NCBI GenBank assembly: GCA_046563655.1
Contig: CM102290.1
Coordinates: 14,632,001-14,696,000 of the forward strand
DNA: 64,000 nt
Reading direction: 5' to 3'
From: Yuukianura sp. NJ FZ-2021
Taxonomy: Eukaryota
Both the position numbers and the translations under genes were made by a program. The notes under the pieces were generated by a model. The model saw only the letters and a program-made list of their open reading frames with translations, did not search any database and had not been told where the DNA came from. Below are positions 49,230-64,000 of the stretch, one piece after another; position 1 is the stretch's first letter; each line of letters opens with the position of its first letter.

Positions 49230-49515
49230 ATATCTCCAAAAATATCTCGGAAATATCTCGATTCCAAAACGCCAGCTTTGAGATGCAGAGATATTTTGGC
49301 TCGAGATATCTCAGGTGAAATACTTTGTCAAGATATTTATCTTCCGAGGGATATTTGGCTCGATATCGGTTTGGAGATATTGGCGAGAGATATCATCTGG
49401 GAGATATTTTGGCTCGAGAAATCTTCGGGGAGATTTTTTGACTGGAGATATTTTGGCTCAAGTCGAGATATCTTCGCGGAGATATTGGCTCGAGATAATT
49501 TTTAGGGAGATATGA
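49230..49515. repeat. Degenerate GAGATAT/CTCGAG-rich short-unit repeat array
   Basis: Repeated GAGATATTTTGGCTCGAGATATC-like units, preceded by inverted ATATCTCG units. Confidence 0.75.
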
Positions 49516-49713
49516 ATACCTACACGTATAAATTAGTATGTAAACTTATAGTAACATTCAATTCTCTTACTTGTACAGTATATAACGTATTACAAGTTTG
49601 GCTGTTGACAGGATATTGTCCGAAGACTGTGATTACGGTGACCTTTTGGACTTGTTCATTTCACGACCATTGACATTTGACCATTCCTGGGGACTTTCTT
49701 AAGTTTAAGTCCA

Positions 49714-52572
<2,859 letters not shown>

Positions 52573-55284
52573 CTCGAAGAAGAGTTTATCCTTGCTCCAA
52601 CGTTGAATACGTCAACCTGATTTCTGTCAAACCACACACCAAAAGTTTAACAAATGTCAGTAACACTAACTAATCGTAATTGAAACCACAAAATGTTGAT
52701 TTAAGCCAGTTAGTTACCTCGTTCCTTCCTCCGCTTGTGTTCTAATTCACAGATCCTGTAAGCTGAAAGAAATAAAATGAAATCAGTTATAAACGTACAA
52801 AATACGTATAATGCGAACACGTAAAGTCCAAAGAAAAACGTGCAGTATCTCAGCATCTGTCAGACTAAACGAATTCACCGGAACATGACGTCATAGGACA
52901 TACAGATGGAAATGGACGACCAAATGGAACAAGACGATGGACGACGGGACAGGACGATGGACGTAAGGAATGGACGACAGTACACAGGAATGTGTAGATC
53001 GTTGAGGAATTGAGGTCAAGGTGGAGGTCAATGACCAAAAGAAGTCAAAAGAAAACTTGTCAGACTGTGCATGTCCAGATGATGCCTTACCCCTGTCTCT
53101 CCTCCTATCCAGATGACTGGTCCAACGTAACGTAACTACCGAACTAACTACGCTACCAACTAATTAATTAGCACTTACCAAATAAATCAAAACAAATTAA
53201 TCGAGAGATTACTGTAAGAAACGTTACTTGGAAAGAACGAGAAAAGTAAAATCCAAAAGTCAGGAAGTTATTACGCGTCACCCGCCTTGCTGCTTTTCTC
53301 TAATCAAGGACAAACCGAGACTCTCAGAACGTAAACAAAATGTACCTTTGAATCATTAACAACGCAATCTAATTTAAACAACGCAAATCTAATATGCTGA
53401 AAACTAACTAAACCTGCATACGGTATGTTCGTGAGTTAAATTTGACTGTATTAGACTATGCTACGGTATATTAATATTATTCCGCGCTATGTTACTGCAC
53501 TCTACGTTGTGTTACGCAATCCTTTGTTATATTACCGGAAATTACGTACTCATGCAACGTTTGCCTTTCGTTTTGCCAACTAATGACACTTGTTGAGATA
53601 GTTTACCATTTCTCATTCCGTATAATCCGAATTTGTTACCTTACATTATAGTACGTTAGGCTTCATGTCAGGATGTATTATGTTATGTTACATAGCCGAA
53701 TGTTGCTGTTAATACTTAAGGACTTGTGCTAAAAGTTTTTGTGAAGATGACACAAGTAGTTGATGGCTTGCATGTGAAGAGGGACTCGTTAGTGAGACAA
53801 AGAGTTGTGAACTTTGTTTACCATGTCTTCTTTTGGTCCTGATGAAAACTAAACTGAAAAGTGTGCTTTTCCTTCCTGGAATTCATTACGAACCGAATTA
53901 ACAATGGCAACCGGAAGGCCTAACCTTAACAAAAGGAACCCAAAGTCTTAAAAAGTTAAGAACTTTCCAGCTTTTGAAACAAGTTTTTAAACAAACACTT
54001 TAAGTCCAAATTACATTTCGTTCCTTGCATACGCTCTTCAATTTTATTCAATCTACTCACGGCATATAATACACACTTATACTGCATAACCAAACTTAGT
54101 AACTGTACAACTTTTTTTATTTACTAAGTTTCGTAATCGATTTTTTTCTTGCTTTAATTAGTCGCAGTCGGTAGTAAACAATTTGATTGTAACATTACCG
54201 TGTATTGTGTTAACATCAAACGCGGAAACAATTTCAGTTGGCAACAACAAAACTTTGACAAGTCAGACTACGATTCTACTAAAAGCTTCTGAGAATCAAA
54301 CAACTTTCATTGTCAATACAAAACAAGCGTCGTCAAGACGTAACGTCGTTCTACTTTTCAAAACTGAAATCGTACACGTTCAATTGTTAGAATTTTGTTT
54401 TCAACTTTAGACACAAAACACAAATTTTCCTACTTGTTCTATGTACTATTAGAGTATTACATCCCGGCTAATTCATTTCACTTTTAAAGTTTCAAATTTT
54501 AGCACAAAACTTTTCAAACTGACAAAATTTATTACATTTTGAATTTCAGGTGCATAAAAGAAGTCCCAAGAGTCCCAAAAATTAACGCGGTTTTGAAATA
54601 CATTAAATTTCGAATTCAAAATAACCTTGCCTTTTGTACTTTTTTTTTCAAATCTTCATTTGTTTCTGTCTGAAAAATCTGTTTGTTCGTGTTTTGTGTT
54701 GTGATTTTTTTTCCTTCTGAAATTTCCACCCTTTCTCCATTGTTATAAGTTCTAAAAATATTTTCCTAAAATTCTGAGAATTTCCTTTCATATGAAAAAA
54801 CAAAAAAGATGAAAAATTGTTCAATCTGTTGTTCTGCTTTGGGATATTTTCATAAATTATGAAAGTCAAAAGAAATTTTATAGGTGGAGATAGTGTTATT
54901 GTTCACTTGAGTCAAAATACCAAAGGAATTGTATCGTTTCTCTTTTTTGAAAACAAAAGTCTGTTTTTTTAATACAAAAAAGGTGGATAGAACAGGATTG
55001 TCTTGCAACCAGGATCAAATTTTGTGAAGCTTTTAACTCCCAGCAGGAAAATACTGAATGTTTCCTTTGGCCGCCATGTTTCTTCATATAATAATATGCT
55101 ACAAGCGTCATTTCATATATTAAATTCCAAGTCGAAAGTGGATGGATAAGATCCATCCTTAGAATATCATAAGAAAACAGAGATCGACAACCTACCGAAC
55201 CATACCGATTCGTCGGCAACACATTCGGTAACGGTAGTGCAACATTACATAACGGCAAAAACTAACATTGTATTCGGGTACATC

Positions 55285-55580
55285 CAAGGTTTCTATAGCA
55301 ACGAAATAATCATCTTTAAGAGGTTAGGCAATAAGTCCCATTTTCCAAAAATGTCCCTGCAAGCATTTTTTTTTACTCTGGTTTTAATCTAAACGTGTTG
55401 ATAATTTTGAGTTAAAAATATGCATCCAACGGATAAAAATAAATCGGAGCTAAAATCGCCAAGGAAACGAGAGCTGCCGTGATGTCGTTTCATTTTTTCA
55501 ACTTTGGAGGGAAAACAATAAAACCTGACTTATTGCCTTACCTGTTAAAGAAAAAACTTTTTTCCTGTTGATGAACGTTG
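55285..55580. mobile_element. MITE family A copy 3
   Basis: TSD GGTACATC (55277-55284) / GGTACACC (55581-55588). Left end CAAGGTTTCTATAGCAACG, right end AACGTTG (mutated). Subterminal TTTAAGAGGTTAGGCAATAAGTC / GACTTATTGCCTTACCTGTTAAA. Confidence 0.8.
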
Positions 55581-58500
55581 GGTACACCCGAGGGTAGTGC
55601 ACTCTGGGTAGGTGCACAAGTCTAAAATATTTGGTAGGATCGGTATCTAGCGTCATATCTTCTTTTAAGATACTTCTCGCCTCGTTTTAAGAAACCTGAG
55701 AAGAATTTCTAATCTTCACTTCACTCCCAGTTTCTCTTCCTTTCCAGTCCCCGTTTCAATTTTCATGACTTTCACTCCCATCTCTTCTACAAAGTCATCC
55801 TATTTTTCTTTATTTTTCGAAACTCCTTCTTTCCACAATCGTTTAAAGCTCCATTTTCAAAAAAATTTCTCTCGTGGACCGATTTGTACTAGAAACCAAA
55901 AATCCCGCTTTCGCTAAACCTTCCATTTTAAGAAACAGGCTCCGTTCTTCCGGTTTGTTTTTCCTCAAACTTCTTGTTTACTCCATTATGTTGTTTACAT
56001 GTTACGTGTTTACGTGTTTACATTTTTTTGTTTACCAAACGACATAACGTTTCATCAACATCAAAACATGTGTAGCTCCGTTATGCAAATCAAATGACAA
56101 TGAAATCGCAGTAACGAATGAACTGAACGTTTGACGATGTTCAAAACTTCACAACTTTTTTCCTTTTTTTCAAACTTTGTCGTTTTCCCGCTAATTTTTT
56201 TCTCCTGGTCAGGAGGGAATATTTAAAATTTGAATCTCCAAGATTGTGCCAAGCAGTAAAAGTGGCCCAGTTACTATAAATGGTAATGCTCGTAGAGTAG
56301 CGTACTTTTCCCGCAAAAAAAAAATTCAAAAACGGCTCACTTTATTTAAAGTAGCTCAAATTAAGAAGGTAAGAACAAGCCTCTGGTTCAAAACGGCTTG
56401 AAAGCAGTTCAAACAAGAACATAAGAGATAAGCATCTCTTGTTTGCTCATCTTCATCTCCTTTCAAAAGCTTATCTTCATGCTCAAGGCTTGTTTTATGA
56501 CTGCTCCATTTCTTGACAAAAAAAATGGTGCGAAAGTTTCCGTTTTTCAAATTTGCAACAACATTCCAAATATAGCGTAACTGCTTAGCTTCAAACAAGA
56601 AACACCGAATACTTTAGTTGATTTTTTAAAATGTTCGGATTACATAAAAAAAAAAAACTTTTAGAATAGAAAAGTTTAAAACCAAGAGGATTGCAATAGG
56701 TGTACATTGTACTGTAGCCCAAAAATTTGTGGGAAATTTAAATTTTAAAAAAAGTTAGTTTTTCAAGCTTAACTGCATTTTGGATGATTAAATTCAAAAG
56801 TAAATTGAAAGTAATTATGACTGTCAAAATCTTTTGATTTAATTTCTTGGCAAAATGCATCTTTTTTCGGTGGGTTCCTCTTTTTGGCGCGTTTTTTGTT
56901 CCATTTCCTTCGTTTTTCGAAATGAAGTTGAAGATGAAGTTTGGAGAAGTCATGAATTTAATTTGTGCCGCTGGCCAAGTGCCGCTCTTTCCTTTGTTAC
57001 GAATTACTTCCTGTCTCCAGTCCATGACATCCCAAAAGCACAAAACTACATAGCTACTTCTTCCACATAATTAAAGTTTCCAAAATGCCTAAATTTTATA
57101 CTCCACAGCTCCAAAAACGCTCATTTTTGATGTTTTTATCAAAAGATTCTAGAAAACTTCAAATCTTACAAATTGGAAGCTTAAACCAATCAACCATTTC
57201 AAAAGTTTTAGCCTTTCAAACAAATATTATTGAACAAAATTTTTGTAAAAGTAAGCCTAAGTATATCAAATGACAAATGATACCAAATTTTTTGAAATTT
57301 TGACTTTCTCGTGCTCCTTGATGATGAAATATTTGCCATTCTTAGATTTTTTTTTCAACTTTCGTGCTCTGCCTGTCGACAAAGTATAAACTGTGGAGTC
57401 TATAAAGTTTCATTCACAAAAGCTTAAAAAACTAACTTATTTTTGGAAGAGGCACAATTTGTAGTTTTTGGAAGGAGAAAGAATGGCTGGGGCAACTTGA
57501 GACAGCGCAAAAGTTCAAACGAATTTAAAGCGGTGTGGGTTTTTTTTTAAAGCGCGAAAAAACACTTTGAATTTTACTGTTTTCTGGTAACTCTTTCTGC
57601 ACTGAAAAAAAAATATGTTAGGACAATAAAATTTTAGAGCAGCGGCGGAACCAAAATTTAAAAATGTTCCAAACATTTACGACCGTAAAAATCCAATTTC
57701 CAACTTTATTTTATGTTTGGAGCGGGAAATTTGTGTGGTGCAAAGGACACAGTGTTGAAAGCCCGTTTTTCTATGAAACAGACTACAAACAAATTAATAC
57801 ATAATAATATTAATTTGTCACACAATTATATGTAAATATATGAATGGTGTTGTGTTAGAGGTGTCTGATTTCGGTAAAAGCTTTTAGAAAAATGTTGGTA
57901 AAAAAGTGAATATTTTGCAATTGAAAGGAAATTTTCGAGCTAGAGTGAAAAAAAAACCGGAAACTTCCAAAACTCGTGTGCTTTACTTTGTGCGGATGTC
58001 AATCACTTTGACACATGCATAAAAGCCTGAATGGTCCAGTTTTGTCACAGCATGGGACAAGTGCCATCAGCAGACTACATTACGCCTCTGACAGCATAAT
58101 TTCACTTTTCCCGCCTTTTTATAACGCTCATTTTCCATTTCCAACACCTCATTTTTGGAACGTTTTAAAAAAAAAGTGGGCGGAAAAACGTCAGTTTTGA
58201 ACAAGACGTAATTTCCGTTTTCGTACTTTTTTTTCTGCTCGCAGCTAAAAATTCTTTTCCTCCAAACCAAAAGTAAAAATCAAATTTAAATTTCAAAAAG
58301 ATTTAAGAAAGTTTTTCTATTTTTGGTAAAATTTTGAAATCTAATTTTTTTATTTGATTTGGTTTAAGTTTAAATCTAATTTGAAACAAATGGTTGAAAA
58401 AATAAGGTGAAAAATAAAAATGATGTTGCGTCTTTCAGAGTATTACGTTAGTGTTTGAGGAAAGAGTCTATGAATATTTTTAGAAACAGAGTTGCCATGA

Positions 58501-58944
58501 CAACTACTCAAAAGTTACACAAAGTTTGAATGGGAAGATGAATAAGCGCCCAGTGGCGGGCGGTTTTGGAAAACTTCAAAAAACGGATTTCATTTGGATC
58601 ATCCATCCATCCAATCCTATTAGAAGATTCAAAGCGACACAGCAAATGGATTCATCCAGCTTCAAAAACATTCGAAATTTCGAGAAAAAAAAACGAAAAA
58701 AATCTTTTGATCTTCGTTTTTTCCCAATTTTAAACAGAAAAACAGCACGTGGTTTTTGTACATTTGAAAAAAGAATAAAAGGCTCCTATTTTTGTTGGCC
58801 GTGCAAAAAAAAAACTAGGACTAAAAACGTTTTTTTTTGTCTGACTTACCTTAAGAACGTTTTTGGAACAACGTTTTTATTTTGTAAAAACGTTTATGTA
58901 AAAACGTTTTCGTAAAAAAAAATAGAGTAAAAGGGCAACAACAA

Positions 58945-59131
58945 AACTATCCACAAAATTACAGCAAAAATCAATGAATCCACAGAAATTACAGCGAAAA
59001 TCAATGAATCCACAAAAAGTACAGCAAAAAGCAAACTATCCGCAAAGGATACAGCAAAAACCAATCAATTTACAAAAAGTACAGCAAAAACAGACTTATG
59101 CCTAATGCATACAGCAAAATTTACAGCAAAA
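58945..59131. repeat. Degenerate ~30-bp minisatellite, about 6 copies
   Basis: Repeated ATCCACAAAA(A/T)TACAGCAAAAATCAATGA-like units. Confidence 0.8.
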
Positions 59132-62100
59132 TCGATTACTCCCCAAAAATTGGAGACTCCACGCATTGCAATTTGTCGTTACCTTTGGGAAATTTTAAAT
59201 CTGTCTCCTGCACTTGCTGCCTCTCTTTTCCCAAAACGACTTTAAAAAAGTGGCTCCATTTTTTCAAAATTACAAAGGACCTGTCAAATGCAAATTTTTC
59301 AATGTCTAATGACTTTTCATGCCTCAGTGACAAGAAATGGGAATCAGAATGAGTTCAATAGAGTGTCAGGAAGTTCAAACCTCTTAACAAGGAAAAAATG
59401 GCGCCAAAATCTGAATGTTGACTTTCACACACACCTTTCTCTCCATCCGTTTCCCGTTGAGTTGGTCCATTGAAATTGAATTGAGCTCAAATTGAATTTC
59501 AAATATTCGCGCCATTCCATGTACATTATTTGAACAGAGAGAGAGAGGAAATAAGGGTTTTCTAAAGGACAGAGACACAGAACTACTTTTTTTGAAAAAT
59601 TGAAAAAAATGAAAAGAACCGAATTAGTTTTTGTAGTAAAAAGGAGCACATTTCAGGCCGATTTGTTGGAAAGTTTTAGTTAGTCTTGTCAGTTCTGTTC
59701 TCATTTTCAGAAAAAAGAACTTTCTTTTTTCCGAATCCGTTTTACTTTCCTCCGATTCCGTTTTTTTCTGAAACTTCTCCCGCCCATAAGATTTTTATCC
59801 AATTTAGGAGAAATGACGGAACTCTGTTTGATTGTGCCTGCTTTCTTCCCACCAAGGAAAAAAGAGCGGGAAAAAACGAAAGATTGACAGTTCTTATTGA
59901 TCTTTGTTGGTTTTAGTCCAAAAAACAGTTGTTTCAAGGTTCAAAAAATCCCGCCACTTGCTACTTTTCAAATTGAAGGTCATTCCAACTATAGTAGTAA
60001 ACTAAGAACTGCAATTTCCTCCTCTCTCGCTTGTCATTCTACACAGTTGATTCTTGAAAAATAAAAAACTTTTTTTTCGAAAAGGAATTTAGCAGGCTTT
60101 AAATTAACTTGAGAAAAACAGGGTGTGTTGAAGTATTTTTCGTCTTTGGCACTCTTAAACTTTCGAAAAAAACGACCGTAAAACGTTTTTATTTTTAGGA
60201 AAAAGCTAAAATGTATATAAAAAAAATGCATGTTGGGTTTTTTTTAATCTTCAAAAACTGTTTCCGTAAAAAAAACATTTTCGTTATTGCAAAAACTACA
60301 AAAACGTGTAAGTGTGTGAATTTTTTTATTTTGATTTTTGTAGCTAAAATTTTAAATTTTTTTTTTGATGAATAACTTGTTGAAAATGGAGATAAATTTT
60401 TCGTGTTTAAATTTCACTGTGTTTGTTTGTTGTTTTTTGTGTCACATGTTCCGTTTTCTGTTATTTGCCAATTTCAACTAAAGAGAAATCAGAAGCCAAA
60501 AATCTGGAGTATAGAAATTAATGATTTTTTTACAAACTTTTTTTTCTCTTTTGAAATGAAAGCTATTAATCTTTCTGTGAAAGCAAAAAAAAAACTAACT
60601 TTTTCTGAAATCACAACTTTTTTTTTCCAAAATTCTACATGCGAATGAAAAAAACTTTCACAATTTTTAACAAATGTAAGCTTAAGAACCTCTTTCTTTT
60701 ATCAAAATTGGTCTGAAGAAAGGTTTTTTTTGAAAAGGACAAACTTCACTAATTTTTTTTTTTTTTGTAAAAAGTAAAATTTCAAGCAGTACATTCAAAC
60801 TGAATAGCATGGAGGTTGAAAAGTGATGGTTTTTTTTCAATAAAGTAAATTTTATTTGACTTTTACGCCGTTTTCAAAAAGACAAAGATGGAAAAAGAAA
60901 CCACATTATTTTTCTTTTTACAAATCACGATCATAAATTACTCTTTTTGTCTTCGGCAGTGCCAAAGTTCAAATTCAAAAAAGAACAAGTTCGGTTCCTT
61001 TTACACAAAAAAAGTGCTACTTTCATGGCTTTTCAACTTTTCAATGATGCCAACTTCCCTCTAGCCATATTTTACAAAAGTAGAAAAGGAAAAGTGTTAA
61101 GATAACTTTTCCAAATTTTGAATTGAACCGCCATGAATCACAGGATGACAAAAAAACGGAGTCAGCACAAGGGAATGTCACTGACTTGTAAGTTTCTAAT
61201 CTGACAAGCAATCACACGCGAAGACGGCTTATTTTTTAAATCACACTTCTTTTGCTTTCTCTTTTTCAAAAATATAATGCTTCTGTTTCTTTTTTAAAAA
61301 AAAAATGTTTCTTGTTAATCGAAATGTCACTGATTGATGACACCAACAAAATACTGATTTATAGCAGCTTTTTTTTCGTAAAAGTGATGAGTTCTTGAAA
61401 AAAAAAAGTTTTCAAAAACTGGTGGATTTTTGTTCTTGTGTTGCACACTTTTGCTGAAACTGACTTTCTGTATTGTCTTTAGAACTAAATGCTACTTTTA
61501 AAAAAAATCTATGTTAGGTTAGTTTTTAAAACAAGACTTATATTTCTTGGAAAATGACAAAAAAAGGTAGAGCGACAGGAACAACATTTTCTGAAATAGA
61601 AACTGCTGTTATTGGCAGGAGTAGAACAGTGTCAGCGTGTTTTTGTTCCAAATTGGACTTCTACCAAAAAAAAAGTTCGGACACAAAAAACTAACACTTT
61701 TTGTATCGAAATTTTTTGAAAAAGTGCATGAGACGACGGAGGGAAGCTTTACGGTACTATGGTATGCGTATCACAATGTGTTGACTCACACACACATTAC
61801 ACACACATGGTTTCTTGGGCAAACTTTCTCTTTTCTTTTCTGAAAAACTGCTTTTCCTCCTACAAAAATTTACATTTTCCTTTGAGAAATTTGAAAACTT
61901 TTGTCTTCTTTATCTCATGTACTTCAAATTTCCAAAATTTTGAAACAAAAGGAAAGAAAAGCTTCAATGCCCCAAACAACGCTAAACATTTTTTTTTTAA
62001 ATCGACTAGGCTTTTGAAATTCATAATTTATGAACCTATACTTTTAAAACATTTTTTATTACTGTTACGGCTTATGTACGATATTTGCCGTCCAGATCCC

Positions 62101-64000
62101 GTTTTTCACAGGAATTGAAATAGCGAGGAGGATAGAGTGACTCCTGTGTCGGAGAGGGTGTGGGATCGTATCCCACTCAGACCAACTTTTTTTATAGTAG
62201 TTTAACAAAAACACATTTCACTCCATTGTAGTTTCTGACTCCATCAGAACAGACAATGAGTTGTTTGCCAGGAATAAGAATTAGGTGTTGTTTGTCAGGA
62301 ATGAGGAATTTTTGTCAGGAATCAGGAACGCACAAAGGTAGCATAAGCAAAAAGGGTGCTTTGTTTCTGATTTAATTCTGGTGAGCCTTCTGAGATTCGC
62401 GTGACTGACAGGTCCATTGGGAAGCCGTGTCAAATGGGGTTTGTGCACGGTTGTGGTTCAACTCCATGCATACCACCGCATCCCTACTAAACTAAAAGAT
62501 AAGAAAACAAAGTTGTCAAAGTGCTGTCACTGTCACTACGTGACAAATGTCACCTCTCACACCACAGCTACGGAGTTATGCGCCGTTCCTAAGCAACGCA
62601 CAAACAAAATTGGTTTGTCGATTTCCCGCCGCTTGGTTCAAAAAGCTTAGGAATTGAAACTTCTTCTGTGAAACAGAGATCAAAGGAACTCAAACTTTGA
62701 TTGATTATCATTTTCTTCCTACTCTCTTGCCCTAGTTTATCCTTTTACAAAAGGAAATCACAGTCGTTCCATTTTCAACAAAAAAAAAACTGTTCATGCG
62801 CACAACTCTAAAAAACAAGTCATTTCGATGCGTCACTTTCTCCTTTCAATGTCACTCACTTTGGTCACAAATAAAAGCACTTTCACTCCAATTCCGTTTA
62901 AATTTCAAAAAATCCGAATTTTTTAAAATGAAAAATTTGAAATTGAAATTTGACAAAAAGGAGTGCAAATTTTTTAAAAAGCGAACCTTCCTGCGGTTTT
63001 CTTTTAAAAATGGGATTGGCAGAGGCTAATGTTTTGACTGGTTTGGATTAGCACACAAACGACCTTTCACTTCCGATGTCGTGCACCGAACCAAAACTAA
63101 ATCCGAACCGGAAAAACGGAACAAAGTGCAGGAACCGTTTTTTGATGTTGTAAAAACCGGGAACTTTCTTTTTCAAAAAAGCCGGCTAAGAAGGTTCCTG
63201 TTCCTGTCATTTTATACTTTCAGCCGTGTTTTTGCAAAAACGAGGTTAGAATAGTAAAACATTATTATTGACATGTTTGAGATTATAAATAAACTTTGGC
63301 ATGTTTTGTTGCCATTCGACTCGGGAACAATGGACTCTTTCAACAATAAGCTCAATTTCAAAAAAAAGTTGGCGCCTTTGTGTCGTAGAGGTAAAATTTG
63401 ATGAGTCTAATGGAGGTCACACTGCTAATGGAACAACAATTACTTAACTTTTGACAGGCTACGTGTCAGGTCAGCCGTCATTTTGGTTCGTTTCACTCTG
63501 ATTTATATCAATACAGTACAATTGTTGTCATCATAATCATCAACATCACTGTTTAAAGGAATTGTCAGGAAATACAGCAAAAGTACCGTAAAAGTTCGAA
63601 AAGCGGTCAACTTCAATAATAGTTTTCAAGAAATATGGAAGCCGTTACCGTAAAGGTTCCAAACACGGCCAAACGCCGCACTAATTTTTTTTTTTTTGCA
63701 AACCAAAAACCTTGGTTAAAGTGACCATAAAAACCATTGATAAAGAGGCCCAGAAAAGAAATTTGTTTGAACGTTTACGGTGCTTGCGAAGTGTGAAGTG
63801 GTATTAATCGACTAAAATTGAATTAAATTGGAATTAGTGTGGTTAACTATAGTTGAAATGAAGTAGCATAGAGTTACGTCGTGCACTCTAATATTATTCT
63901 TATTCCTTTGCGACAAGAATAATATTAATCATACCAAAATAGATGTGTAAAAACAAAAGACAACCTTGCTATGTTTTCTTTTGCGACGTACTCAAAGGAA

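Noticed and set aside
53200..64000. Short ORFs in the final ~11 kb
   Set aside because: No domain motifs and poly-A/T-driven composition. Treated as intergenic or long-intron sequence, though small exons could be missed.

Overview
Compact, AT-rich, intron-rich eukaryotic DNA, most likely from an arthropod. Gene order: yan/aop-like ETS repressor (+), mitochondrial SSB (-), Dicer-2-like (+), a 16x59-bp satellite, TRAP-beta/SSR2 (+), peroxisomal Mfe2 (-), slicer-type Argonaute-2-like (-), a U2 snRNA gene with an intact U2-targeting NeSL/Utopia-type non-LTR retrotransposon, CHMP7 (+), a decayed second Utopia fragment, eRF1 (-) with two alternative last exons, then ~11 kb with no recognisable gene. 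The most striking feature is that the retrotransposon's 3' end abuts U2 nt 40, yet a complete U2 coding sequence stands upstream of it because 159 bp (38498-38656 = 43069-43227) are perfectly duplicated. The insertion therefore does not destroy its target, and the ORF starts ~50 nt after the U2 3' end. The whole U2+element unit is bracketed by inverted, foldback-like minisatellite arms. Also notable: Dicer-2 and Ago2 are ~6 kb apart, the presumptive Dicer 3' UTR holds three hairpins, the Ago2 RGG tail is built from micro-exons, and several MITE families show clear TSDs. Exon boundaries were read by eye and orthology calls rest on motifs only.
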